Origin: an uncultured Lachnospiraceae bacterium
Lineage (GTDB): Bacteria > Bacillota > Clostridia > Oscillospirales > CAG-272
NCBI GenBank assembly: GCA_964426285.1
Contig: CAYRQA010000003.1
Span: forward strand, 1 to 34,534
DNA: 34,534 nt
Direction of reading: 5' to 3'
Shown here: positions 22,891 through 30,968 of the stretch, in pieces
Position numbering within the stretch: position 1 is the first letter of the stretch
How the letters are laid out: each line of letters begins with the position of its first letter
The notes under the pieces: generated by a model
The model's input: the letters and a program-made list of their open reading frames with translations, nothing else
What the model was told of the DNA's origin: nothing
The model's database searches: none
Program-made: the position numbers and the translations under genes

Positions 22891-22919
22891 ATTATATAAT
22901 ATATTGATGCAAATTGCAA
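22891..22919 (-). promoter_or_regulatory. internal sigma-A promoter upstream of hisA
   Basis: Minus strand TTGCAA (22919-22914), 17 nt, TATAAT (22896-22891). Confidence 0.75.
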
Positions 22920-22935
22920 GACGGAAACGAAATTT

Positions 22936-23089
22936 TCAAAAGTTTTGATCGACCTTTTTCAAAAGGTCGCGGATTCTTAAGGCGGCGCCTTAAGCCGCGC
23001 GTCGCAACGCGCGGAATCCCCATGCCTGAGAAGCGATTTCTCTCTTTTTGGTTCTTTTTCTCTCTTTCAAGAAAAGAGAGAAAAAGAAC
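22936..23089. repeat. multi-hairpin intergenic element
   Basis: Consecutive inverted repeats at 22950-22969, 22976-22994 and 22995-23014 (the last two closed by GGATTC/GAATCC), plus a 17-bp perfect stem at 23051-23089. Confidence 0.7.
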
Positions 23090-23114
23090 AGAACGAAGGG
23101 TCTTGTCTAAGCGA

Positions 23115-23140
23115 GCGGGCGATTCATGAATCGCCCCTAC
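23115..23140 (-). repeat. GTAG-family REP element
   Basis: Minus strand GTAG-GGGCGATTCATGAATCGCCC-GC: GTAG foot plus palindrome. Confidence 0.8.
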
Positions 23141-23187
23141 AGGTTGGGTGGATATTTACTCCCAACACCGTAGTGCAGAAGCAATTC

Positions 23188-23796
23188 TTACAGCTCGGCA
23201 AACGCCTTCAGGATCGCGAGTCCGATCTTGCCGCTCTTTTCGGGGTGGAACTGCGTGCCGTAGACCTTGCTCTTGCCGACCGCACCCGTGATCGATACCT
23301 CGTAATCGGAGGTCGCGATCGTGTCTGCATCGCAATTTTTAGCATAGAAGGAGTGCACGTAGTAAACGTAGTCGCCCTCTTTGACGTATTTGAAGAGCGG
23401 ATCGTCGCGCAGGAAATGCAGGCTGTTCCAACCCATGTGCGGAACTTTCAGCTCGCTCGTGAGATCGTCTGCGATCGGGCAGACCGCACCGTGAATGAGC
23501 CCGAGCCCTTCGTGCTCGCCGTATTCGTAACTCTTGTCGAAAAGCAGCTGCATACCCAGACAAATGCCGAGCAGCGGCTTGCCCTTGGCTGCCTGCTCCT
23601 TAAGGAGCGGCACGAGACCGGTCAATTCGAGCTTGGCTTTTGCGTCTTCGAACGCACCGACACCGGGCAGGATGATACGGTCTGCCGCTTCGATCTCATC
23701 GGGCGATGCGGTGATCTTGTTTTCCAGTCCGAGACAGCTGAGTGAACTGGAGAGCGAGAAAAGATTTCCCACTCCGTAACTGATGATGGCAATCAT
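23188..23796 (-). CDS. hisH: imidazole glycerol phosphate synthase glutaminase subunit
   Basis: YGVGNL, LPGVGAF, GICLGMQ, VPHMGWN, QFHPEKS; start ATG 23796. Confidence 0.98.
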   Translation of the reverse strand: MIAIISYGVGNLFSLSSSLSCLGLENKITASPDEIEAADRIILPGVGAFEDAKAKLELTGLVPLLKEQAAKGKPLLGICLGMQLLFDKSYEYGEHEGLGLIHGAVCPIADDLTSELKVPHMGWNSLHFLRDDPLFKYVKEGDYVYYVHSFYAKNCDADTIATSDYEVSITGAVGKSKVYGTQFHPEKSGKIGLAILKAFAEL

Positions 23797-23797
23797 T

Positions 23798-24385
23798 TTA
23801 TAACATTCCTTTGGTAGAGGGGATCTCGTCCTTGTGCGCCTCGTCGATGGCGACTGCCATGGCGATCGAGCGTGCAAGCGATTTGAAAGTGCCCTCGATG
23901 ATGTGGTGCGTATTAGTGCCGCTCAGCTGCTTGATATGCAGGTTGATGGCGGCTTCTCTGGCAAAGGCAAGCATGAACTCGAGCACGAGCTCTGTGTCAA
24001 AGCTGCCCACCTTTTCGGCAAGTCCGTTCAGCCCGTATTCGACCTGACAGCGCCCCGAGAAATCAACGGCGGTCAGGATGAGCGCCTCGTCCATCGGCAG
24101 GATGAAGAAGCCGTAGCGGGCAATTCCCTTTTTGTCGCCGAGCGCCTGTCTGAACGCCTGTCCGAGCGCAATGCCGATATCCTCGACCGTGTGGTGGTCA
24201 TCGACCTCGACATCGCCCTTGCATTTCACGCTCAGATCAAAGCGACCGTGGCGGGCGAAGAGCTCGAGCATATGATTGAGAAATCCGCAGCCCGTGTCGA
24301 TCTCGTACTTGCCGCTCCCGTCGACGTTCAGCGACAGCGAAATGTCGGTTTCGGCGGTTTTACGGTTGATTTCAGCGATTCTCAT
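23798..24385 (-). CDS. hisB: imidazoleglycerol-phosphate dehydratase (monofunctional)
   Basis: RKTAETDI, DDHHTVED, PMDEAL, NTHHIIE, PSTKG. Confidence 0.98.
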   Translation of the reverse strand: MRIAEINRKTAETDISLSLNVDGSGKYEIDTGCGFLNHMLELFARHGRFDLSVKCKGDVEVDDHHTVEDIGIALGQAFRQALGDKKGIARYGFFILPMDEALILTAVDFSGRCQVEYGLNGLAEKVGSFDTELVLEFMLAFAREAAINLHIKQLSGTNTHHIIEGTFKSLARSIAMAVAIDEAHKDEIPSTKGML

Positions 24386-25446
24386 GCCATTACCTCCAGT
24401 ATTTCTTTGATTTTATCGATCAGCACGCACATCTGCTCCTTGGAGCCGATCGTGATGCGCACCGAATTGTGTATGCGTGCGTCCTTGAAATGGCGAACCA
24501 GCACGCCCTTCGATTTGAGCTTCCCGTAAAGCACTTCCCCGCCGATCTTGGGGTGGGAGGCGAGGATAAAGTTCGCCATCGATTTCGGGAAGGTGAAGCC
24601 GAGCGAACTCAGCTGTTCTGCCGTCCACTCGCGGTTTTCGATGACCGCCCTGCGGCAGGCATTGAAATAATCAATATCCTTCATCGCCTCGACAGCAGCC
24701 GCCATCGACAGGCGGTTGATGTTGTAGGGGTGGAAGGAGTATTTTGCTGTATTGAGGTCAGCGATCAGCTCGGGGTTTCCGACTGCAAAGCCGACGCGTG
24801 CGCCTGCCAGCGAACGCGATTTTGAGAAGGTCTGCACGACGAGGATGTTGTCATACTTCCCTGTCAGCGAGACAGCGCTTTCACCGCCGAAATCGACGTA
24901 GGCTTCGTCGACGATGACCATGCGGTCGGACTTAGCTACCACAAGCGCTTCGATCGCGCTCAGTTCAAGGCAGCGCCCCGTCTGTGCATTGGGATTGGCG
25001 AGAACGATCACGCCCTCCTTGTCGGCGTAGTCGGCAAGGTCAATGCCAAGCTCGCTGTTCAGCGGGATCGTTTCATAGGGGATGCCGAAGAAATCGGCGA
25101 ATACGGGGTAAAATCCGTAGGTAATGTCGGGAAACCATAGCTTTTTATCGCCCGCGAAGGCGTCAAATGCGAAGGCGAGCACCTCGTCCGAGCCATTGCC
25201 CGCAAAGACGCAGTCTGCACCGACGCCGTAAAATGCTGCGATGGCTTCGATCAGCGGCTTCACGGTCGGGTCGCTGTAGAGGTTGAGCTTGGATGCTTCT
25301 CCTCCCTCGAGCACCTTCACAGCCTTCGGTGAAGGCGGAAAAGGCGATTCGTTAGTGTTGAGCTTGATATACTGCATATCCTGCGGTTGTTCGCCCGGGA
25401 CGTAAGGGGTGAGCGCCGAGAGCTTTTCCGAGAAGAATCTGCTCAT
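24382..25446 (-). CDS. hisC: histidinol-phosphate aminotransferase
   Basis: YVPGEQP, KLNTNESP, GNGSDEVL, DEAYVDF, TFSKSRSLAGARVG. Confidence 0.97.
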   Translation of the reverse strand: MSRFFSEKLSALTPYVPGEQPQDMQYIKLNTNESPFPPSPKAVKVLEGGEASKLNLYSDPTVKPLIEAIAAFYGVGADCVFAGNGSDEVLAFAFDAFAGDKKLWFPDITYGFYPVFADFFGIPYETIPLNSELGIDLADYADKEGVIVLANPNAQTGRCLELSAIEALVVAKSDRMVIVDEAYVDFGGESAVSLTGKYDNILVVQTFSKSRSLAGARVGFAVGNPELIADLNTAKYSFHPYNINRLSMAAAVEAMKDIDYFNACRRAVIENREWTAEQLSSLGFTFPKSMANFILASHPKIGGEVLYGKLKSKGVLVRHFKDARIHNSVRITIGSKEQMCVLIDKIKEILEVMA

Positions 25447-26729
25447 TTGTCGTCCTCCCCTTCAAAGCGGACTTCCATCGCTCTTGCGTGTGCGTCGAGC
25501 CCCTCGCTTCGTGCAAATGCGGCAACGTCGCGGTAGACAGCCTTCAGCTCAGCCTCGGGGTAGTAGATGAACTGGGTCTTTTTGACGAAATCATCGACCG
25601 AGAGGGGGGATGAGAAGCGTGCAGAGCCGCCCGTGGGAAGGGTGTGGTTGGGTCCTGCGAAGTAGTCGCCGAGCGGCTCGGGGGCATAGCTGCCCATGAA
25701 AACCGACCCTGCGTGCTTGACCTTATCGAGCCACTTGAAGGGATCTGCCACAGCCAGCTCGAGGTGCTCGGGCGCGATGAGATTGGCAGTCTCGACCGCC
25801 TCCTCGATCGAATCGACGAGGATGATCTTGCCTGCCGCCTCAAGCGATGCGCCTGCGATCTCACTTCTGGGAAGTTCGGCGAGCTGTTTTTCGAGCTCAG
25901 CCTGCACGCCGATTGCCAGCTTTTCGCTGTCGGTGACGAGCACTGCCGAGGCAAGTCTGTCATGCTCTGCCTGCGAGAGCAGGTCCGCCGCCACGAATGC
26001 GGGGGACACGCTCTCATCGGCGATGACGAGGATTTCGGAGGGTCCTGCGATCATATCGATGCTCACTCTGCCGAAAACCTCACGCTTGGCGAGGGCAACG
26101 AAAATATTGCCCGGTCCTACGATCTTGTCTACCTTCGGCACGCTTTCAGTTCCGTATGCGAGTGCCGCGATCGCCTGTGCGCCCCCCGATTTGACTACCG
26201 TCTTGACCCCGCAAAGACGTGCCGCAACGAGAATTTCCGCTTTGATCTTGCCGTCTTTGGCAGGCGGCGTCGTCATGACGATCTGCTCAACGCCTGCGAT
26301 CTGTGCGGGCATGGCATTCATCAGAACGGTCGAGGGATAGGACGCCGTGCCGCCGGGTACGTATAGTCCCGCCTTCTCTACGGGGGTGATCTTCTGACCG
26401 AGCACGATGCCGTTTTCTTTTCTCAGCTCAAATCCCTCCCGCTTCTGCTTGGAGTGGAAGGCTTTGATGTTGTCTCTTGCCTGTTCGAGAATGGCAATAT
26501 ATTCGGGCGACACCTTTTCGAAGGCTTCGTTAAATTCCGCTTCGGTGACGAGCAGGTTATCAAGCTTTACCTTGTCGAATTTCTCGGCATACTCGCGAAG
26601 TGCCTCGTCGCCTCTTGCTTCAACGTCGGCGATGATCGCTCTCACAGTCGTCTCATATTCGGGATAAGCGCCGATCGAACGGTTGAGAATATCGCTTTTG
26701 TCGATCTCGCTCATTTTGAGTATTTTCAT
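25443..26729 (-). CDS. hisD: histidinol dehydrogenase
   Basis: GLYVPGG, GGAQAIAALAYGT, AGPSE, QAEHD, APEHLEL, GPNHTLPT. Confidence 0.99.
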   Translation of the reverse strand: MKILKMSEIDKSDILNRSIGAYPEYETTVRAIIADVEARGDEALREYAEKFDKVKLDNLLVTEAEFNEAFEKVSPEYIAILEQARDNIKAFHSKQKREGFELRKENGIVLGQKITPVEKAGLYVPGGTASYPSTVLMNAMPAQIAGVEQIVMTTPPAKDGKIKAEILVAARLCGVKTVVKSGGAQAIAALAYGTESVPKVDKIVGPGNIFVALAKREVFGRVSIDMIAGPSEILVIADESVSPAFVAADLLSQAEHDRLASAVLVTDSEKLAIGVQAELEKQLAELPRSEIAGASLEAAGKIILVDSIEEAVETANLIAPEHLELAVADPFKWLDKVKHAGSVFMGSYAPEPLGDYFAGPNHTLPTGGSARFSSPLSVDDFVKKTQFIYYPEAELKAVYRDVAAFARSEGLDAHARAMEVRFEGEDDK

Positions 26730-27349
26730 TAGAAATTTCCTTCTTTCAGCTTGGCGACGATCCGCCCGATTTCCTCCGACTTGAACTTGGAGGAGGTTTT
26801 GTTGGCGATCAGACGAGCACTGATCGGCACGATCTCCTGATAGACCGAGAGATTGTTCTCTTTCAGCGTCGTGCCCGTCTCAACGATGTCGACGATGACG
26901 TCCGACAGTCCGACCAGCGGTGCGATCTCGATCGAGCCGTGCAGCTCGATGATCTCGATCTCCTTGTTGCGGCTCGCATAGTAGCGCTTGGCGATGTTCG
27001 AGAACTTGGTCGCAACCTTGACGGGGCGTTCGGGGTCTTCTCTGTAGCCGTTCGGTGCGGCAACGCACATACGGCATTTGCCGAAGCCGAGGTCGAGCAG
27101 CTCGTAGATGTCGGCACCCTGCTCAAGCAAGATATCCTTGCCGACCACACCGATGTCAGCCGCGCCCTTTTCGACGTAGATCGCCACGTCCGAGGGCTTG
27201 ACCATAAAGTAGCGCACGCCGTTTTCGCTATTTTCGAAGATCAGCTTGCGGTTGTCCTCTAAAATTTCGGGGCACTCGTAGCCGATCGCCGCGAGCATGG
27301 CGTAGACCTTCATGCCCAGTCTTCCTTTGGGCAGTGCAACATTCAGCAT
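26729..27349 (-). CDS. hisG: ATP phosphoribosyltransferase, short form
   Basis: ALPKGRL, VGKDILLE, VATKF, GSIEIAP, DIVETGTTLKEN; 206 aa with no regulatory domain. Confidence 0.98.
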   Translation of the reverse strand: MLNVALPKGRLGMKVYAMLAAIGYECPEILEDNRKLIFENSENGVRYFMVKPSDVAIYVEKGAADIGVVGKDILLEQGADIYELLDLGFGKCRMCVAAPNGYREDPERPVKVATKFSNIAKRYYASRNKEIEIIELHGSIEIAPLVGLSDVIVDIVETGTTLKENNLSVYQEIVPISARLIANKTSSKFKSEEIGRIVAKLKEGNF

Positions 27350-28455
27350 CAGAGCACCTCTCCTTTCAGGTTAATTTTCTCGCTACAGATCAACCCTTCG
27401 GGCATTTCTCTGCCAATCTGCACCCGTTTGCCGTCATTACGCAGTTTCTCCGCTTTGGAAAGCACTTCTACGGGGTCGTCCTGCTCATCGTATTGCAGGA
27501 AGAGATCGAAATCGTACTCGGGACGGTTGGGGTAGCAGGAATTGAGCTCCCCGATCGCCAGTGCGAAGCCGACCGCACCCATGTTTTTGTTGAATTTCGC
27601 GATCAGACGGTCATACTGGCCGCCCGTGAGGATGGCTTTGGGGTAGTTTTCGACATAGCCCTGCATAACGATGCCGTTATAGTAATCGAGATCGCTGAGG
27701 ATGGTGAAGTCAAGGCGCACGCCTGCATCTGCCTTCAGTGCGCAAAGTCCCGTATAGAGCGCTTCAAGCTCGCATACGGCACGCTCCATCGCCGCATTGA
27801 TCGTGAGTTTCTTCGTCTCGGCAAGGATCGATGCGAAGTCTCCCTGCATCGAAAGGAGTGCGCAAAGCTCTTTCGTCCAGCCTTCATCTGCACCTGCCGA
27901 GATGAGCAGTCGGCTCAGGTCATGTGCGCTCTGCGAACGGATGCAGCCGATGATCTCCTCACGTCTGGCAGGGGTGAGGTCGGGGCAGGCATCGAGGATA
28001 CCCTCGACGATGCCCATATGCGACAGACAGAGGATGCAATCGGGGTCGATGAGCGCAAGGCTCTTTTTCGCCATCGTGACCACCTCGAGCAGGGCGGTCT
28101 GATCGATCGTACCGATCATTTCGAGCCCCGCCTGATCGATCTCGCGGTATTCCTTGGTGTGCTTCTCCATGCGGTAGACGTTTTCGCGGTAGAATACCTT
28201 TTCGGTATGGCGCTCGTCCGCCTGCGTGTTCTTGACGATCGAAAGGGTCACGTCGGGTCGCAGTGCCATCAGCTTGCCTTCGGGATTATGGAAGGTGAGC
28301 ACAAATTCGCTCGTGAGGAATGCCTTATATTCCTCGTAGAGCGAGTATTCTTCAAATTTGCGCATTCTGAATTTGCGGTAACCGTAGGATTCATAAAGCG
28401 CCTGCAGATCGAGATAGACCTGCTCATCCTTGGTGAGTGTCACGTTTTTGTTCAT
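27349..28455 (-). CDS. hisZ: ATP phosphoribosyltransferase regulatory subunit
   Basis: HisRS-like LRPDVT, QAGLEMIG, DYYNGI, GGQYD motifs; adjacent to short hisG; start ATG 28455. Confidence 0.95.
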   Translation of the reverse strand: MNKNVTLTKDEQVYLDLQALYESYGYRKFRMRKFEEYSLYEEYKAFLTSEFVLTFHNPEGKLMALRPDVTLSIVKNTQADERHTEKVFYRENVYRMEKHTKEYREIDQAGLEMIGTIDQTALLEVVTMAKKSLALIDPDCILCLSHMGIVEGILDACPDLTPARREEIIGCIRSQSAHDLSRLLISAGADEGWTKELCALLSMQGDFASILAETKKLTINAAMERAVCELEALYTGLCALKADAGVRLDFTILSDLDYYNGIVMQGYVENYPKAILTGGQYDRLIAKFNKNMGAVGFALAIGELNSCYPNRPEYDFDLFLQYDEQDDPVEVLSKAEKLRNDGKRVQIGREMPEGLICSEKINLKGEVL

Positions 28456-28466
28456 TGATTTCCTCT

Positions 28467-28775
28467 TTAGTTGTCTGATTCCTGTTTTTTTATGTGCTCT
28501 GCGAGCAGCTTGCTGTATCCGCCGCTTCCGTATTGGATGCATCTCGAAATACGGCTGAGCGTAGCGGTCGAAACGTCGGTCTTGGCGCTGATCTGCGCAT
28601 AGGTCTGCCCTTTCATGAGCAGCTCAGCGCATTCAAGCCGCTGTGCCATCTGCTCGATCTCCTTGTAGGTGCATAGATCCTCGAGGAGCATCTTCACTTC
28701 TTCTTCGCTGTCAAGTGCCGCCAGCATCTTGTACAGCGGCGCATAATCTCGCCTTTCGTGGTGGGTTACAGACAT
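28467..28775 (-). CDS. yerC: YerC/YecD TrpR-like regulator (predicted HisR)
   Basis: EDLCTYKEI..MAQR, TY..I...T.VSTATLSRISRC.QYG.GGY; first gene of the his operon. Confidence 0.9.
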   Translation of the reverse strand: MSVTHHERRDYAPLYKMLAALDSEEEVKMLLEDLCTYKEIEQMAQRLECAELLMKGQTYAQISAKTDVSTATLSRISRCIQYGSGGYSKLLAEHIKKQESDN

Positions 28776-28806
28776 CTTTCATTCCCTCTTTATTTGTGAT
28801 GACACT

Positions 28807-28835
28807 ATTATACACTATCGCTTTAGCTTTGTAAA
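28807..28835 (-). promoter_or_regulatory. sigma-A promoter of the his operon
   Basis: Minus strand TTTACA (28835-28830), 17 nt, TATAAT (28812-28807). Confidence 0.8.
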
Positions 28836-28841
28836 GTGATA
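28816..28841. promoter_or_regulatory. palindromic operator, likely HisR/YerC site
   Basis: TATC-G-CTTTA-GCTTTG-TAAAG-T-GATA; the CTTTA-N6-TAAAG core resembles the predicted Firmicutes HisR motif as I recall it; overlaps the -35 and spacer. Confidence 0.75.
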
Positions 28842-28909
28842 AATCGTAAAATTGCGGTCGGATTTTGAAAATAATTTTGGCGGAGTAGACAAAGGGTGGG
28901 CGATCCACA

Positions 28910-29196
28910 CCGCACCCTGTATGTAGGGATCGGCGTCCTCGACGAACCGCTACGTAGGATTTCCACCCAATGATTATCTCGGCGAACCGCCCGCAGCGGA
29001 CCGTCGACGCCTGTCCCTACAGGGTACGCGGTAATTTCACACCAACTCCCGTAGGGGAGGGGCTTGCTCCTCCCGTTCGAACGGGTCAGGTTATGTGGTT
29101 GGGTGGGAAACCTATGACGGATAGTCGAGGACGCCTGTCCCTACAGGGTGCGGCAGAAAATTTCACCTTACATCGTAGGGGTGTGACCCGTTCCCC
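28910..29196. repeat. cluster of five GTAG-family REPs in alternating orientation (REPIN/BIME-like)
   Basis: GTAGGG-started units at 28923-28949 (+), 28997-29020 (-), 29051-29075 (+), 29118-29144 (-) and 29175-29196 (+, degenerate). Confidence 0.85.
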
Positions 29197-30378
29197 TTAC
29201 CCCTCGCAGGCGATGCGGTAGATCGCCTCGGCATCGGCATCTTTCAGATGCACGAAGCCGCCCGTCTCGCCGCCGTTCAGACCGAGGGTCTTGACCATCT
29301 GCGGAATGGCATCGACACTCACACCGAGCTCAGCCATGGTCGTCGGCATACCGATCGACTTTAAAAAGCGTTTGAATGCCTCAATGCCTGCCAGCGCGGT
29401 CGCCTTGGGATCGGCATAGTCGGTCTGAATGCCCCAAACGCGGCTTGCAACCTGTGCAAAGCGCATGACGTCGTGATCGACGACGTAGCTCATCCACGCA
29501 GGCATGATGACCGCCAGTCCAGCACCGTGTGCGCAGTCATTGATCGAGGACATCTCATGCTCGAGCCAGTGCGAGTTCCAGTCCTGCTCTCTGCCTGCGC
29601 CACAGATATCGTTGTGCGCGACCATGCCCGCCCACATGATGTTGGCGCGCGCCTCGTAGTCGTTGGGATCGGCGATGACCTTCGGCACTTCATGGATCAT
29701 TGCCATGAGGACTGCTTCGCAGAGACGGTCGGTCGTCTCGACGTTTTGAGTATTGGTGAAGTAGCGCTCGAAAACGTGCGCCATGATGTCAGTCGCACCG
29801 CAGGCGGTCTGATAGGGGGAGAGCGTCTGCGTGAGGGCGGGATTGAGGATGGCGAATTTCGGGCGCAAACAGTCGCCGCCCGTTGCACGCTTGAGCATAC
29901 CGTCTTCCTTGGTGATGACGCTGTCCGAGCTGCCCTCACTGCCTGCCGCGGCAATGGTGAGGATGACACCGACAGGGAGTGCACTTGCAGAAGCAGTACG
30001 CGAACGGTCTTCGTAGAAGTCCCAGAAATCGCCGTCGTAGCAGCAGCCGAGTGCGATCGCCTTGGCGGAATCAATGGTCGAGCCGCCGCCTACCGCAAGG
30101 ATAAAATCGACGCCCTCCTTTTTGCAGAGGTCGATACCCTGATAGACCAGCCCGTCGCGGGGGTTGGGCATGACACCGCCGAGCTCGACGTAGTCGACGC
30201 CCGAATCGGCAAGCGATGCCTTTACGCGGTCAAGCAGTCCCGAGCGGACGACCGAGCCGCCGCCGTAGTGGATGAGCACCTTGCTGCCGCCGAACTTTTT
30301 GACGTACTGCCCTGCCTGACATTCGGTCTCCTTACCGAATACGAAATAAGTGGGCGAATAAAAGGTAAAATTGTTCAT
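29197..30378 (-). CDS. iron-containing alcohol dehydrogenase (butanol dehydrogenase/YqhD-like)
   Basis: NFTFYSPT, YGGGS, AVGGGSTIDSAK, D..AH..ERY, H..EH, HGAGLA; GGAGG spacing favours ATG 30378 over 30384. Confidence 0.93.
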   Translation of the reverse strand: MNNFTFYSPTYFVFGKETECQAGQYVKKFGGSKVLIHYGGGSVVRSGLLDRVKASLADSGVDYVELGGVMPNPRDGLVYQGIDLCKKEGVDFILAVGGGSTIDSAKAIALGCCYDGDFWDFYEDRSRTASASALPVGVILTIAAAGSEGSSDSVITKEDGMLKRATGGDCLRPKFAILNPALTQTLSPYQTACGATDIMAHVFERYFTNTQNVETTDRLCEAVLMAMIHEVPKVIADPNDYEARANIMWAGMVAHNDICGAGREQDWNSHWLEHEMSSINDCAHGAGLAVIMPAWMSYVVDHDVMRFAQVASRVWGIQTDYADPKATALAGIEAFKRFLKSIGMPTTMAELGVSVDAIPQMVKTLGLNGGETGGFVHLKDADAEAIYRIACEG

Positions 30379-30416
30379 GATCATTTCCTCCGTAAGCAGA
30401 TATATTAAACTGCTTC

Positions 30417-30445
30417 ATTATAACATATATTGGGCTCATTTGCAA
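30417..30445 (-). promoter_or_regulatory. sigma-A promoter of the alcohol dehydrogenase
   Basis: Minus strand TTGCAA, 17 nt, TATAAT with TG extended -10. Confidence 0.8.
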
Positions 30446-30542
30446 GTCAATTCTCGGCGCTTTCCGTTATTTTCTGTCATCGGACGGCAGTCGATCACCC
30501 GCATACCATTCGCTATATTTTTGATTTTTTTCGCCAAACCTA

Positions 30543-30571
30543 TTGACAAATCGAAAAAACTCCTGTATAAT
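30543..30571 (+). promoter_or_regulatory. consensus sigma-A promoter of the polyamine operon
   Basis: TTGACA (30543-30548), 17 nt, TATAAT (30566-30571). Confidence 0.92.
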
Positions 30572-30577
30572 GCTTGC

Positions 30578-30968
30578 GGATTGAATCATATACATAATTT
30601 TTTGTCACCGAGTCTTTCCAAGCGATTTTTACGGACCACTCCGAGCGAGTTAAGGCCATACGGACAGCCGGGTCCACTGCCGAGAGAGCGGCTCAGCCGC
30701 CTTATTGATTGAGTTAAAAACTCAAATTTTATAAGTTGGTTACTTCATAACCCAATGCGTAATTGCGCAGACTTGTGAAACGGTCAATAAAGAGTAGTAA
30801 AAGTATTGTTGCTATATAGACTCTGTGTCCCCCCTATACGCCGACGCTTTATCAGACTAAAGCATCGTCCGACGGCAAGGTTATTTTCGTCTGTCCGACT
30901 GAAAAACGATGATACGGGCTTTTCACGCAAGCTGTGTAAGTATGCACACGCTTGCGTTTTTTATTTTT
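30578..30968 (+). ncRNA. structured cis-regulatory leader of the polyamine operon (candidate ldcC-motif RNA or attenuator)
   Basis: ~400 nt between promoter and start codon, with many nested stems and a terminal intrinsic terminator. The gene context matches that described for the ldcC RNA motif; a sequence-level match was not verified. Confidence 0.65.
30925..30968 (+). terminator. attenuator-type intrinsic terminator just before the decarboxylase RBS
   Basis: ACGCAAGC-TGTGTA-AGTA-TGCACA-C-GCTTGCGT followed by TTTTTATTTTT. Confidence 0.85.

Noticed and set aside
22914-23129. 71-aa ORF in the hisA-hisH gap
   Set aside because: Translation of hairpin repeat sequence; no SD and not protein-like
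28776-28910. His leader peptide or T-box upstream of the his operon
   Set aside because: No His-codon run or T-box consensus; the promoter lies ~30 nt from the first start codon
28910-29221. CRISPR array or 83-aa gene
   Set aside because: Repeats alternate in orientation, are degenerate and lack cas genes; a REP cluster explains the region
30371-30712. 113-aa plus-strand ORF from the ORF track
   Set aside because: Spans two promoters and starts upstream of the predicted TSS; only its portion from TTG 30581 could be translated from this transcript
30578-30968. SAM-I, T-box, lysine or guanidine riboswitch, SRP RNA or RNase P RNA
   Set aside because: None of their hallmark sequences was recognisable by eye; a covariance-model search is still needed
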